NCBI GenBank assembly: GCA_963797095.1
Contig: CAWCNY010000002.1
Span: forward strand, 1,056,001-1,120,000
DNA: 64,000 nucleotides
Direction: 5' to 3'
From: an uncultured Chloroflexia bacterium
GTDB taxonomy: Bacteria > Chloroflexota > Chloroflexia > QHBQ01 > JADMIH01
Each line of letters starts with the position of its first letter. Positions within the stretch are counted from its first letter, which is position 1. The position numbers and the translations under genes were made by a program. Below the pieces are notes generated by a model that saw only the letters and a program-made list of their open reading frames with translations, ran no database searches and was not told where the DNA came from. Shown one piece after another: positions 28,640 through 37,446 of the stretch.

Positions 28640-30814
28640 ATGACTAAGCGATTATCTAAATTATTCATTCTGTTCCTGATCCCTATGGTGCTGGTGGCGT
28701 TGCTCACAGCTTATGCTGCCAACCAGGGTGCAGGGCAAGCAAAGATGGCTACGGCTGCCAACGGGCAGACTTTCCTGCCAGCAGGCACGTGGTCCGATCT
28801 TCCTGTATTTCCAGACGTAACACTGAACTTTGGAGGAAGCTCCTCAGGGTGTGTTGGCACAAGCGGCACCTCCCCTCTCCAACTCAAGAGGTCATTGGCT
28901 GTAGCCTACCCTCCCAACGGCAAAGTCTATATCCTCGGTGGGAGACATAGAGCCGATGGTGATGACATCAACTCCGAGTGGATCTATGAGTACACTCCTG
29001 GCGATAGCTCCTACGTCCTCAAGAACGCCAGGCTTGATAACTGCCGCTACAGCCTCCGCTTCACCTCCAACATGGCTGGTGGTGTCCTCAACGATGGTAC
29101 AGGCACCTACATCTATGCCGTTGGTGGCTCCAACGTAGATAGCGTCGCCACCAACATGGTGCGTGTGTACGACCCGGTTGCGGATACAGTCACTACCCTC
29201 ACCAGCGACCCGTGGCCGGCCAGTCCAACCAGGATACCAGGTGGGTATGCAGTGTACAACAACAAACTGTACATCTTCGGAGGGTACGTATCCCAACCCT
29301 CATCAGTGGTGTACTCAGACACATGGGTATTCGACCCGACAGCCTCAGCAGGCTCAAAGTGGTCCCAGATAGCAAGTGCCAACCTGAGTGTAGCCAGAGG
29401 GTTCATAGGAGGGGCATCACTCGATGGGTGGCTGTACGCAGTGGGAGGCAACGTCATAACAGGAGTAGTAACCACCACCGTGACCCCGCAGACAGTGGTG
29501 GAGAGGATGGACCCAGGAGCAGGCAGTCCCACATGGCAGGCGGTAGCGAGTTTACCGGTAGCGAGGGGAGATGTAGGAATATGGGCATACGACAGTACAA
29601 GCGGGTATGAGATAGGTGGGAGGCTAGTGATAGGGGGAGGGGGGTGGCCGGTACCGGACACGAGTGCCTACATCTACGACCCCACAACAGACAGTTGGAG
29701 CACCTTTGCATCACTGCTAAGGGCGAGGAGGGACGTAGGGCACACAGAGTTAGACGGGAAGCTGTACGCATTTGGAGGGTACAATGTAACAGACAGCTAC
29801 TATGGTGCCAACGACAGCATGGTCTATGACGCCACAGGCCCAGGCCCAACTCCTACCAATACCGTTCCACCTACCAGTACATCCACATCTACAGCGACTA
29901 ACACGCCTGTACCGCCGACGAACACCCCTACAAATACACCTGTACCTCCAACCGCCACATCTGTGCCTCCTACCGACACGCCGGTTCCGACAGATACAGA
30001 TACACCGGTACCTACCGACACGCCCGTTCCGACAGACACGGCTGTGCCACCTACAGATACACCTGTACCACCCACAGACACCCCTGTAATAGTGCCAACT
30101 GATACTGATACACCGGTGCCGCCTACGGATACGCCCGTAGTGGTGCCAACCGATACGCCGGTGCCTACGGAAGTGCTGCCAACTCCTACCACCTGCGCGA
30201 TCTCGTTCTCGGACGTAGATTCGAGCAACACCTTCTACAGCTACATTATGTGCCTGGCATGCGATGGCATCCTCAATGGTTATCCTGATGGTACGTTCCG
30301 GCCTGCTAATCTGGTAACCAGGGGCCAGCTTGCCAAGATCGTGTCCAACTCAGCGGGCTGGAATGAGCCTGTTTCGGGCCAGACCTTCCAGGATGTGCCG
30401 GAGGGGTCCACCTTCTACGAGTTCGCCGAGCGCATGGCTGCGCATGGCGTAATGTCGGGCTACGCGTGCGGTGGGCCAGGTGAGCCTTGCGGTGCTGGCA
30501 ATCTGCCCTACTTCAGGCCTGATGCGTCCGCTACTCGCGGCCAGATAGCCAAGATCGTATCCGAGTCCGCCGGCTTCGGCGGCGATCCGGGTGTCCGGAT
30601 CTTCGAGGACGTGGCGTTAGGCTCCACCTTCTACGAATACATCCAACGGCTTGCCATGCTTGGCATAGTAAACGGTTACGACTGCGGCGGGCCGGGAGAG
30701 CCGTGTGATGCGTATAACAGGCCGTACTTCAGGCCCAACAACAATGCCACACGCGGCCAGATAGCCAAGATCGTCTCTTTAGCTTTCTTCCCAAGCTGTG
30801 GCACGACGAAGTAA
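28640..30814 (+). CDS. Secreted six-bladed Kelch protein with PTDT linker and three SLH domains, copy 1
   Basis: Signal peptide; blades [42 protein letters not shown]; SLH triplet. Confidence 0.88.
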   Translation: MTKRLSKLFILFLIPMVLVALLTAYAANQGAGQAKMATAANGQTFLPAGTWSDLPVFPDVTLNFGGSSSGCVGTSGTSPLQLKRSLAVAYPPNGKVYILGGRHRADGDDINSEWIYEYTPGDSSYVLKNARLDNCRYSLRFTSNMAGGVLNDGTGTYIYAVGGSNVDSVATNMVRVYDPVADTVTTLTSDPWPASPTRIPGGYAVYNNKLYIFGGYVSQPSSVVYSDTWVFDPTASAGSKWSQIASANLSVARGFIGGASLDGWLYAVGGNVITGVVTTTVTPQTVVERMDPGAGSPTWQAVASLPVARGDVGIWAYDSTSGYEIGGRLVIGGGGWPVPDTSAYIYDPTTDSWSTFASLLRARRDVGHTELDGKLYAFGGYNVTDSYYGANDSMVYDATGPGPTPTNTVPPTSTSTSTATNTPVPPTNTPTNTPVPPTATSVPPTDTPVPTDTDTPVPTDTPVPTDTAVPPTDTPVPPTDTPVIVPTDTDTPVPPTDTPVVVPTDTPVPTEVLPTPTTCAISFSDVDSSNTFYSYIMCLACDGILNGYPDGTFRPANLVTRGQLAKIVSNSAGWNEPVSGQTFQDVPEGSTFYEFAERMAAHGVMSGYACGGPGEPCGAGNLPYFRPDASATRGQIAKIVSESAGFGGDPGVRIFEDVALGSTFYEYIQRLAMLGIVNGYDCGGPGEPCDAYNRPYFRPNNNATRGQIAKIVSLAFFPSCGTTK

Positions 30815-30829
30815 GATCGCTTCAACCTG

Positions 30830-30860
30830 CAAGAAACCCGCGCTCAGCGCGGGTTTCTTG
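30830..30860 (+). terminator. Intrinsic terminator after cassette 1
   Basis: caagaaacccgcgct-c-agcgcgggtttcttg. Confidence 0.8.
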
Positions 30861-30888
30861 TTGTATGAAAAGATAACTCTCCTGACTA

Positions 30889-30917
30889 TTGACTCCAAAG
30901 TGCGCCGATGCTATAGT
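30889..30917 (+). promoter_or_regulatory. Sigma-70-type promoter of cassette 2
   Basis: TTGACT, 17 bp, TATAGT with extended -10 TG. Confidence 0.6.
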
Positions 30918-31164
30918 AACCCCATATTTCTCGCTTGCGGCTTCATAACTTTCTTTCATAACTGATCAGGGCCGCGTAGCTTGATAAGCCTTTCAAAACC
31001 ATTGCTGACTGATAAGTTGGTGTCCGATTATCGTATCCAATTTAGGAGCGGATTTGAGACCGGCCCTTACCGCCTGGATTTGAAGGGTGCTTTCAACATA
31101 GTAGAGACGCTCGAGCACTTTACCGGCGTCCATGTGAGTCTGTGTTTCCAGAGGGAGCGAGAAA

Positions 31165-31599
31165 ATGTTTGAACAAACCATACGGGTATTCAGCGAGGCG
31201 CTGGCGCGCGTAGTAGACAGGCGAACATTCCTGCGACGAATGGGCGGCACTATGGTAGCCGGAGTATCGGCGCTGGTGATGGGTCCTGCTCTCGCCAACG
31301 CGGGAGCAAGTGCTGCTTCTCAGGCCCTTGCATCGCCCACCATCAGTTGTGCCCCTCCGGGACCGTACTGCAACACGGGCGGGGGCGACACCAGCGGCTG
31401 CCGGGGAGGTCATTGCTATCAGCACCAGACCGCTCCCAATACAGTTACTTGCCAGGTGTATTACACATTCTACGCGACAGGGTGTTGGACCAGTGCGGTA
31501 AGTGGCGGATACTGGACCTGCTGTGACTGCCGGTGTAGTAACAACGCTACCTGCGGCTGCGCTCAGTTCAACCCGGGCGGCAACCCAAGCCCACATTGA
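31165..31599 (+). CDS. Tat-signal cysteine-rich small protein, copy 2
   Basis: Near-identical to 28187-28621; GAGGGAG RBS. Confidence 0.85.
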   Translation: MFEQTIRVFSEALARVVDRRTFLRRMGGTMVAGVSALVMGPALANAGASAASQALASPTISCAPPGPYCNTGGGDTSGCRGGHCYQHQTAPNTVTCQVYYTFYATGCWTSAVSGGYWTCCDCRCSNNATCGCAQFNPGGNPSPH

Positions 31600-31659
31600 T
31601 CCGGTTTCGCGTATGTTAGTTCTTCGCGGAATCTCATAACCCATTACCCAAAGGGGAAG

Positions 31660-34026
31660 ATGATGTCTAAACGGCTTACTAGCCTGGTTATCGTGTTCCT
31701 GATTCCTGTCGTGCTGGTAGCTCTGCTGTCGGCCTACTTAGTCTCTCAGAATGCTGGTGGGGTACGGCTTGCCACCGTAGCGAGCGGGCAGGGGCTATTG
31801 CCCTCCGGAACCTGGAGCAACCTTCCTGTATTCCCGACAGTAACACTGAACTTTGGAGGAAGCTCCTCAGGGTGTGTTGGCACAAGCGGCACCTCCCCTC
31901 TCCAACTCAAGAGGTCATTGGCTGTAGCCTACCCTCCCAACGGCAAAGTCTATATCCTCGGTGGGAGACATAGAGCCGATGGTGATGACATCGACTCCGA
32001 GTGGATCTATGAGTACACTCCTGGCGATAGCTCCTACGTCCTCAAGAACGCCAGGCTTGATAACTGCCGCTACAGCCTCCGCTTCACCTCCAACATGGCT
32101 GGTGGTGTCCTCAACGATGGTACAGGCACCTACATCTATGCCGTTGGTGGCTCCAACGTAGATAGCGTCGCCACCAACATGGTGCGTGTGTACGACCCGG
32201 TTGCGGATACAGTCACTACCCTCACCAGCGACCCGTGGCCGGCCAGTCCAACCAGGATACCAGGTGGGTATGCAGTGTACAACAACAAACTGTACATCTT
32301 CGGAGGGTACGTATCCCAACCCTCATCAGTGGTGTACTCAGACACATGGGTATTCGACCCGACAGCCTCAGCAGGCTCAAAGTGGTCCCAGATAGCAAGT
32401 GCCAACCTGAGTGTAGCCAGAGGGTTCATAGGAGGGGCATCACTCGATGGGTGGCTGTACGCAGTGGGAGGCAACGTCATAACAGGAGTAGTAACCACCA
32501 CCGTGACCCCGCAGACAGTGGTGGAGAGGATGGACCCAGGAGCAGGCAGTCCCACATGGCAGGCGGTAGCGAGTTTACCGGTAGCGAGGGGAGATGTAGG
32601 AATATGGGCATACGACAGTACAAGCGGGTATGAGATAGGTGGGAAGCTAGTGATAGGGGGAGGGGGGTGGCCGGTACCGGACACGAGTGCCTACATCTAC
32701 GACCCCACAACAGACAGTTGGAGCACCTTTGCATCACTGCTAAGGGCGAGGAGGGACGTAGGGCACACAGAGTTAGACGGGAAGCTGTACGCATTTGGAG
32801 GGTACAATGTAACAGACAGCTACTATGGTGCCAACGACAGCATGGTCTATGACGCCACTGCCGGGGGTACCACGCCCACCAACACGCCTGTGTTGCCCAC
32901 CGGTACGCCTACCAATTCACCAACGCGCACTAACACGCCAAGTAACACACCGCTACCTCCAACAAGCACCTCCACGCGCACGAATACGCCTGTGCCGCCT
33001 ACCAACACGCCTACCAACACGCCTACCAACACGCCTACCAACACCCCAACTAACACTCCAACGGATCCCCCCACTAATACGCCTACCAATATGCCCACCA
33101 ACACGCCTACCAATACCAACACTCCGGTGCCGCAAACTGCCACCAACACAACGGTGCCATCTACGAACACGGCGGTTGCGACCAATACCCCTACCAATAC
33201 GAACACTCCCGTACCTACCAATACCCCAACGAGCACGAACACACCCATAGACACCCCAACCGACACCCCAACCGACACCCCAACCGACACTCCTGTACCG
33301 CCAAGTACTCCCGCCAGCACAGACACGCCCGTGCCTCCAAGTGATACGCCTGTGCCGACAGACACTGCCGTGCCCCCGACTGACACTCCAGTGCTTTCGA
33401 CACCTACTACCTGTACCTTGAGCTTCTCAGATGTTCCGTCCGGCAGCACGTTCTACCCATATGTTATCTGCCTTGCCTGCCACGGCATAGTAACCGGCTA
33501 TCCTGATGGAACGTTCCGCCCGGATAACAATGTGACCAGGGGTCAGCTTGCCAAGATCGTGTCCAACTCGGCAGGGTTCGATGATGTGCCGGGCGCGCAG
33601 ATGTTCGCAGACATAGCACCGGGCTCCACCTTCTTCGATTTCGTTCAGCGTCTCGCCTCTCGCGGGTTTATAGGCGGTTATGCATGTGGCGGATCCGGTG
33701 AGCCTTGTGGAGCAGGCAACCTGCCATACTTCAGGCCGAACAATAACGCCGCGCGTGGGCAGATAGCCAAAATCGTCAGCAGTACGGCGGGCTTTGGCGG
33801 CGACCCTGGCGTACAGATCTTCGAGGATGTGCCGCTAGGCTCCGCCTTCTTCGACTACGCACAGCAACTCGCCATGCGCGGAATAGTGAGCGGTTATGAC
33901 TGCGGCGGGCCGGGAGAGCCGTGCGGTCCAGGCAACAGGCCCTACTTCAGGCCCAACGAGAACGCTACACGCGGGCAGATAGCCAAGATCGTATCTATCA
34001 CTTTCTTCCCGGATTGTGATCTATAG
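31660..34026 (+). CDS. Secreted six-bladed Kelch protein with PTNT linker and three SLH domains, copy 2
   Basis: Kelch region near-identical to copy 1; different signal peptide, linker and SLH sequence. Confidence 0.88.
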   Translation: MMSKRLTSLVIVFLIPVVLVALLSAYLVSQNAGGVRLATVASGQGLLPSGTWSNLPVFPTVTLNFGGSSSGCVGTSGTSPLQLKRSLAVAYPPNGKVYILGGRHRADGDDIDSEWIYEYTPGDSSYVLKNARLDNCRYSLRFTSNMAGGVLNDGTGTYIYAVGGSNVDSVATNMVRVYDPVADTVTTLTSDPWPASPTRIPGGYAVYNNKLYIFGGYVSQPSSVVYSDTWVFDPTASAGSKWSQIASANLSVARGFIGGASLDGWLYAVGGNVITGVVTTTVTPQTVVERMDPGAGSPTWQAVASLPVARGDVGIWAYDSTSGYEIGGKLVIGGGGWPVPDTSAYIYDPTTDSWSTFASLLRARRDVGHTELDGKLYAFGGYNVTDSYYGANDSMVYDATAGGTTPTNTPVLPTGTPTNSPTRTNTPSNTPLPPTSTSTRTNTPVPPTNTPTNTPTNTPTNTPTNTPTDPPTNTPTNMPTNTPTNTNTPVPQTATNTTVPSTNTAVATNTPTNTNTPVPTNTPTSTNTPIDTPTDTPTDTPTDTPVPPSTPASTDTPVPPSDTPVPTDTAVPPTDTPVLSTPTTCTLSFSDVPSGSTFYPYVICLACHGIVTGYPDGTFRPDNNVTRGQLAKIVSNSAGFDDVPGAQMFADIAPGSTFFDFVQRLASRGFIGGYACGGSGEPCGAGNLPYFRPNNNAARGQIAKIVSSTAGFGGDPGVQIFEDVPLGSAFFDYAQQLAMRGIVSGYDCGGPGEPCGPGNRPYFRPNENATRGQIAKIVSITFFPDCDL

Positions 34027-34037
34027 AGAAGAATCAA

Positions 34038-34078
34038 GCAAAGAAAATGGGCCGCATGACGCGGCCCATTTTCTTTGC
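34038..34078. terminator. Bidirectional intrinsic terminator
   Basis: gcaaagaaaatgggccgc-atgac-gcggcccattttctttgc. Confidence 0.85.
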
Positions 34079-34090
34079 CATTTGTGTTGG

Positions 34091-36355
34091 CTAAGAGGTG
34101 CGTTGTGAGCTATCGTAGAAGTACGCCCCTTCGGTGGTCTCGTCCGGGTAGAAGAATGGATAAGCCCCCGACAGCAAGCTGCGCAGCCAGCTTCGCGACA
34201 TTGGCCGCTCCAGGTTGACCACGGGGAAGAGGTCATCCAGGATCGCCCACAGTTTGCCGTCATTGCTCTCACCAACCGCCTCGAAAGCGTTGGCTATGAT
34301 TACTTCCGGCTTCCTGCGGTCGGCATCGTCCAGTTTCTTCTGGTTGTGCAACTTACCGAACTTCTCCTGGGTCAAAAGCATGTTGGGGTCGGTGCCGACC
34401 ACGAACTGCACGGGCCGGAACACCCATCTCCCCTTGCGCTCGTCAAGCTGAATAAGGTTGGCTTCTTCCTCTTCGGTGCGCACGAAGTGTATCTCAAATA
34501 CGTCCTCGCCACGGTCGGTGGGGGTGATGGTGAACTTTGCGCCCGGCACCATATGGTCGGTGAAAAGCTCGCTCAGGCCCATAATGAAGCCGCCCCGGTT
34601 GCCGGTTGGGTATCGTAGCTCGGCAAGGAGGGAGCCGTAGAGTTGTGGCACCTCGAAGCGGAGAAGCGATGCGCGCTGGTCCTCGAAGACACCCCCTGGG
34701 AAGACGCGTTTGAAGCGTAGGTCGTAGGGCAGGACGCCATGCTCGTACTCGTAGTAGGTCAGCGAGTATTCCATCGGCCCGCCGCTGTAGGCACGTATAG
34801 CTTCGTCTTCCTCTTCGGTTTCCAAAACGGTGGGGTCTTCCAGGAAGCGATAGTCCTGCCCGATCTCTGCCGGTTTGCGGGTGGCTGGGGGCAATACAGG
34901 CGACGAGCCTGCGTTCACCCAGAGGCGGTCGCCGTCGATGCCGACGAACTCGAAATCTTTCTTCTCCTTGAGGAGGCGGAAATCGAGTGAGAAGCGCACG
35001 CGATCATATGCCGGGTCATCGAGTCGGCGTCCCAGGACATCGGCCATAATATCGCGATCGGATGCCACACCTCCGGTCTCAGGCTCGTCCAGGTATTCTT
35101 TGATCCTGCGGTAATCGCCTTTACTGAAGCGTTCCGTCGCCTCTTCGGGGAATATGTCGGAGCCGAAAGTAATAAGCCGTGTGTCGTTTTCGACCGCTGC
35201 TGCCATCATACCGCCAAGCGCGGCTGCCACGTTATCATCCAGCAAAATTTCATCGACAGACTGGTTGAGGTCAATTGTAACAGGCCCTTGCTCGGTCGCC
35301 AGCGTAACCTCTACAGGCCCCGTTACGACGGGGGCGGCCGGGGTTGGCGGTGCGGCGGTTGCCGGGCGTGTGGCGGGCGTGGCGGGTGATGTAGGCGTGA
35401 CCGGTGCCGCCGGGGTCGCGGGTTTACCGGCAGCCTGGGCTTCAACCGGGGCTTCTGTGGTTGTATCAGTAACTGTGGTTGTGGCAGGTGGGGTTGCCTC
35501 TTCGGCGGGTGTGGCGACTGGTGTTTCTGCTCGGCGCGCTGCTGCCTCTTCTTCCGGTTTTGTTGTAGTCCGGGCCGCCGTGGTGGGGGTCGTTGGAGTG
35601 GTCGGAGCGGTTGCTGGAGTCGTGGGTACGCTCACGGCAGGTTCGGCCACGCCCTGGGCTTGAGATGTTGCGTTGGCAGCTTCGGCAGGACGTGCGGTAG
35701 GGGCAATTGCTGGAGGTTGTGTTGTAGGCGTGGCAGCGGATGCGGCGGCAGGCGTAGCGGGAGCCTGGACAGTCGGCTCCGGCGGTCGCTCACGGACGAC
35801 TTGCGCTTGCGGGATGAGGGTTGGCTTCTCGGTGCTACGGCTATATGGCGTGGTAGGTAGTGGCGGATATGCCGGGCCGACAACGCTGCGAGATGGCATC
35901 TCTTCTATTTCCACTTCCTCAAGCATGGCGCTCTTCTCGGCGCGGCTACTCGACTGGCTTTGCAGGTGCGTCTTATATTCCTCCGCCTCCTCGGGAGCGA
36001 GCACTGTTGCTTCCTGGTTGAGTCTTTCCCTGAAGGTATGGGTGCTGTCGGCTCCGCCTGTGTTTGGTGCGTGACCTGCCTTGGTGGTTGCGAATTCTCC
36101 GTCGCCCATATCGGCGAACACATCGGGGTTGGCTTGCAGGGCGGCCTCCAACCTCGTTGCGAGGTCCGCCGGCTTGGTGCCCGCGTATGGCCCACCTGCT
36201 TTGGTGAGCATCTCGGCTATGGCTGCGAGCGACATTTTCATGGGCGCATTGACGGCATACAGAGGATATTTACGCTTGACTACATCAAACGCGCGGGCCG
36301 CCATCTCCTGTTCTTCTTTTGTACCGTGAAACGCTACCTGTACTGCTCCTGTCAT
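34091..36355 (-). CDS. Large cytoplasmic protein of unknown function with a Pro/Ala/Thr-rich disordered centre
   Basis: 754-aa ORF with GGAG RBS, host-like codon usage, globular N- and C-terminal parts, no signal peptide. Confidence 0.8.
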   Translation of the reverse strand: MTGAVQVAFHGTKEEQEMAARAFDVVKRKYPLYAVNAPMKMSLAAIAEMLTKAGGPYAGTKPADLATRLEAALQANPDVFADMGDGEFATTKAGHAPNTGGADSTHTFRERLNQEATVLAPEEAEEYKTHLQSQSSSRAEKSAMLEEVEIEEMPSRSVVGPAYPPLPTTPYSRSTEKPTLIPQAQVVRERPPEPTVQAPATPAAASAATPTTQPPAIAPTARPAEAANATSQAQGVAEPAVSVPTTPATAPTTPTTPTTAARTTTKPEEEAAARRAETPVATPAEEATPPATTTVTDTTTEAPVEAQAAGKPATPAAPVTPTSPATPATRPATAAPPTPAAPVVTGPVEVTLATEQGPVTIDLNQSVDEILLDDNVAAALGGMMAAAVENDTRLITFGSDIFPEEATERFSKGDYRRIKEYLDEPETGGVASDRDIMADVLGRRLDDPAYDRVRFSLDFRLLKEKKDFEFVGIDGDRLWVNAGSSPVLPPATRKPAEIGQDYRFLEDPTVLETEEEDEAIRAYSGGPMEYSLTYYEYEHGVLPYDLRFKRVFPGGVFEDQRASLLRFEVPQLYGSLLAELRYPTGNRGGFIMGLSELFTDHMVPGAKFTITPTDRGEDVFEIHFVRTEEEEANLIQLDERKGRWVFRPVQFVVGTDPNMLLTQEKFGKLHNQKKLDDADRRKPEVIIANAFEAVGESNDGKLWAILDDLFPVVNLERPMSRSWLRSLLSGAYPFFYPDETTEGAYFYDSSQRTS

Positions 36356-36430
36356 GCTTACTCCAGTTGTCGGGGTCGAATCGAATTGTCCTGATCTGGT
36401 TTGGGTGGTATATCAGCAATTAATGCGGGT

Positions 36431-36625
36431 CTATCTTATACCGCGCTCCTCCCGCAACAATTCAATGTAGCGCCGGACCAGCGACTCGATAGTCTGAGGC
36501 TTGCCCGTGCGCCGCATCCAGTCAATAAGGCGCTCCATGTCACGCATGGAAATTGTGATTTCTTTACCTGGCAATTTAGCTCCTTCTCCTTGGTTCGATC
36601 CATTTACAAATATTAATGGCAACAT
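36431..36625 (-). CDS. Small hypothetical protein (64 aa)
   Basis: Amphipathic helical sequence, same strand and just upstream of the 754-aa gene. Confidence 0.55.
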   Translation of the reverse strand: MLPLIFVNGSNQGEGAKLPGKEITISMRDMERLIDWMRRTGKPQTIESLVRRYIELLREERGIR

Positions 36626-36688
36626 TGCGCCAAGCTATTTTACCGTATAGAGCCGGGGATGGCAATGCGCACACACATTATGACAAAA

Positions 36689-36717
36689 TTGACAAAGCGG
36701 TCATGCTCGTTTAGAAT
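36689..36717 (+). promoter_or_regulatory. Sigma-70-type promoter
   Basis: TTGACA, 17 bp, TAGAAT upstream of 36754. Confidence 0.65.
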
Positions 36718-36753
36718 CGGCACAACTCTAACCTGTAATAGAGGCGGGCGATT

Positions 36754-37239
36754 ATGGCGTTGAGTGAGATCGCGGCCTGGGTCGCGCTTGGGTTGTCGCT
36801 GGTGCTTCTGGTGCTGTTTGCCTGGCAAACGGTGCGCTTAGGCAATATAGAACGGCGATATAAGGCGCTGACCGGTGGGGAAGGGTCGGGGGGCGCGCCT
36901 ACGCTCGGTGAGCTGGTTGTGGGGCAGGGGCAAAAGCTCGATAAGACCGCCAAAGACCTCTCCGGGCTGACCGATACCGTGAAAACGATGGAGAAATCGG
37001 TGCAGGGGAGCGTACAGCACGTCGGCCTTGTGCGCTTCAACCCCTTTCAGGAGACGGGTGGAGATCAGAGTTTCGCGCTGGCTCTGCTCGATGGTCGCGG
37101 TGATGGCATAGTGATCAGCAGCCTGCACAGCCGGGCCGTGACACGCTTCTACGCCAAGCCTATCAAGGGGGGAGCATCCCAACTGTCGCTTTCCGACGAA
37201 GAGGCGCAGGCGGTACAAATGGCACTACGAAGCCAGTAG
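36754..37239 (+). CDS. DUF4446-family membrane-anchored protein
   Basis: N-terminal TM; VGLVRFNPFQETGGDQSFALALLD..DGIVISSLHSR..TRFYAKPI..G.S...LS.EE. Confidence 0.88.
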   Translation: MALSEIAAWVALGLSLVLLVLFAWQTVRLGNIERRYKALTGGEGSGGAPTLGELVVGQGQKLDKTAKDLSGLTDTVKTMEKSVQGSVQHVGLVRFNPFQETGGDQSFALALLDGRGDGIVISSLHSRAVTRFYAKPIKGGASQLSLSDEEAQAVQMALRSQ

Positions 37240-37446
37240 CCTGCGCCAATGATCCTCCCCAATACAGAGCAAAAGCGCTGAAGTGATGTTTCCAAATGTG
37301 GCACAAAAATGCTATAACTAAGGTGTATTGAACTAGCGGAAACGGATCACTTGTGTATAGTGCGTGTGGCTATAAAGAACCCCCTGCCATCCAGCTTCTA
37401 AAGGGGAAGGGCCGGACGCAACATATCGTTTCAGGAGCCAGGGTAA

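Larger units (their letters stand above)
28817..32858 (+). repeat. About 1019-bp near-identical direct repeat (28817-29835 and 31840-32858)
   Basis: Constant offset of 3023; only two differences found by eye (AAC/GAC and AGG/AAG). Confidence 0.9.

Noticed and set aside
28640-30814. Kelch protein as a galactose/glyoxal oxidase
   Set aside because: Six blades and no C-terminal Ig domain supplying the copper His; ligands not identifiable.
28817-32858. Near-identical repeat pair as a diversity-generating retroelement TR/VR
   Set aside because: No reverse transcriptase; both copies are coding, and the two differences run in opposite directions with respect to adenine.
32990-33300. 12-bp tandem repeats (cctaccaacacg, gacaccccaacc) as a CRISPR array or other non-coding repeat
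   Set aside because: In-frame PTNT/PTDT linker codons with no unique spacers and no cas genes.
751-33449. Val/Gly-rich minus-strand ORFs (751-1044, 4143-4553, 6761-7159, 29824-30231, 32847-33449)
   Set aside because: Antisense readings of Thr/Pro linkers.
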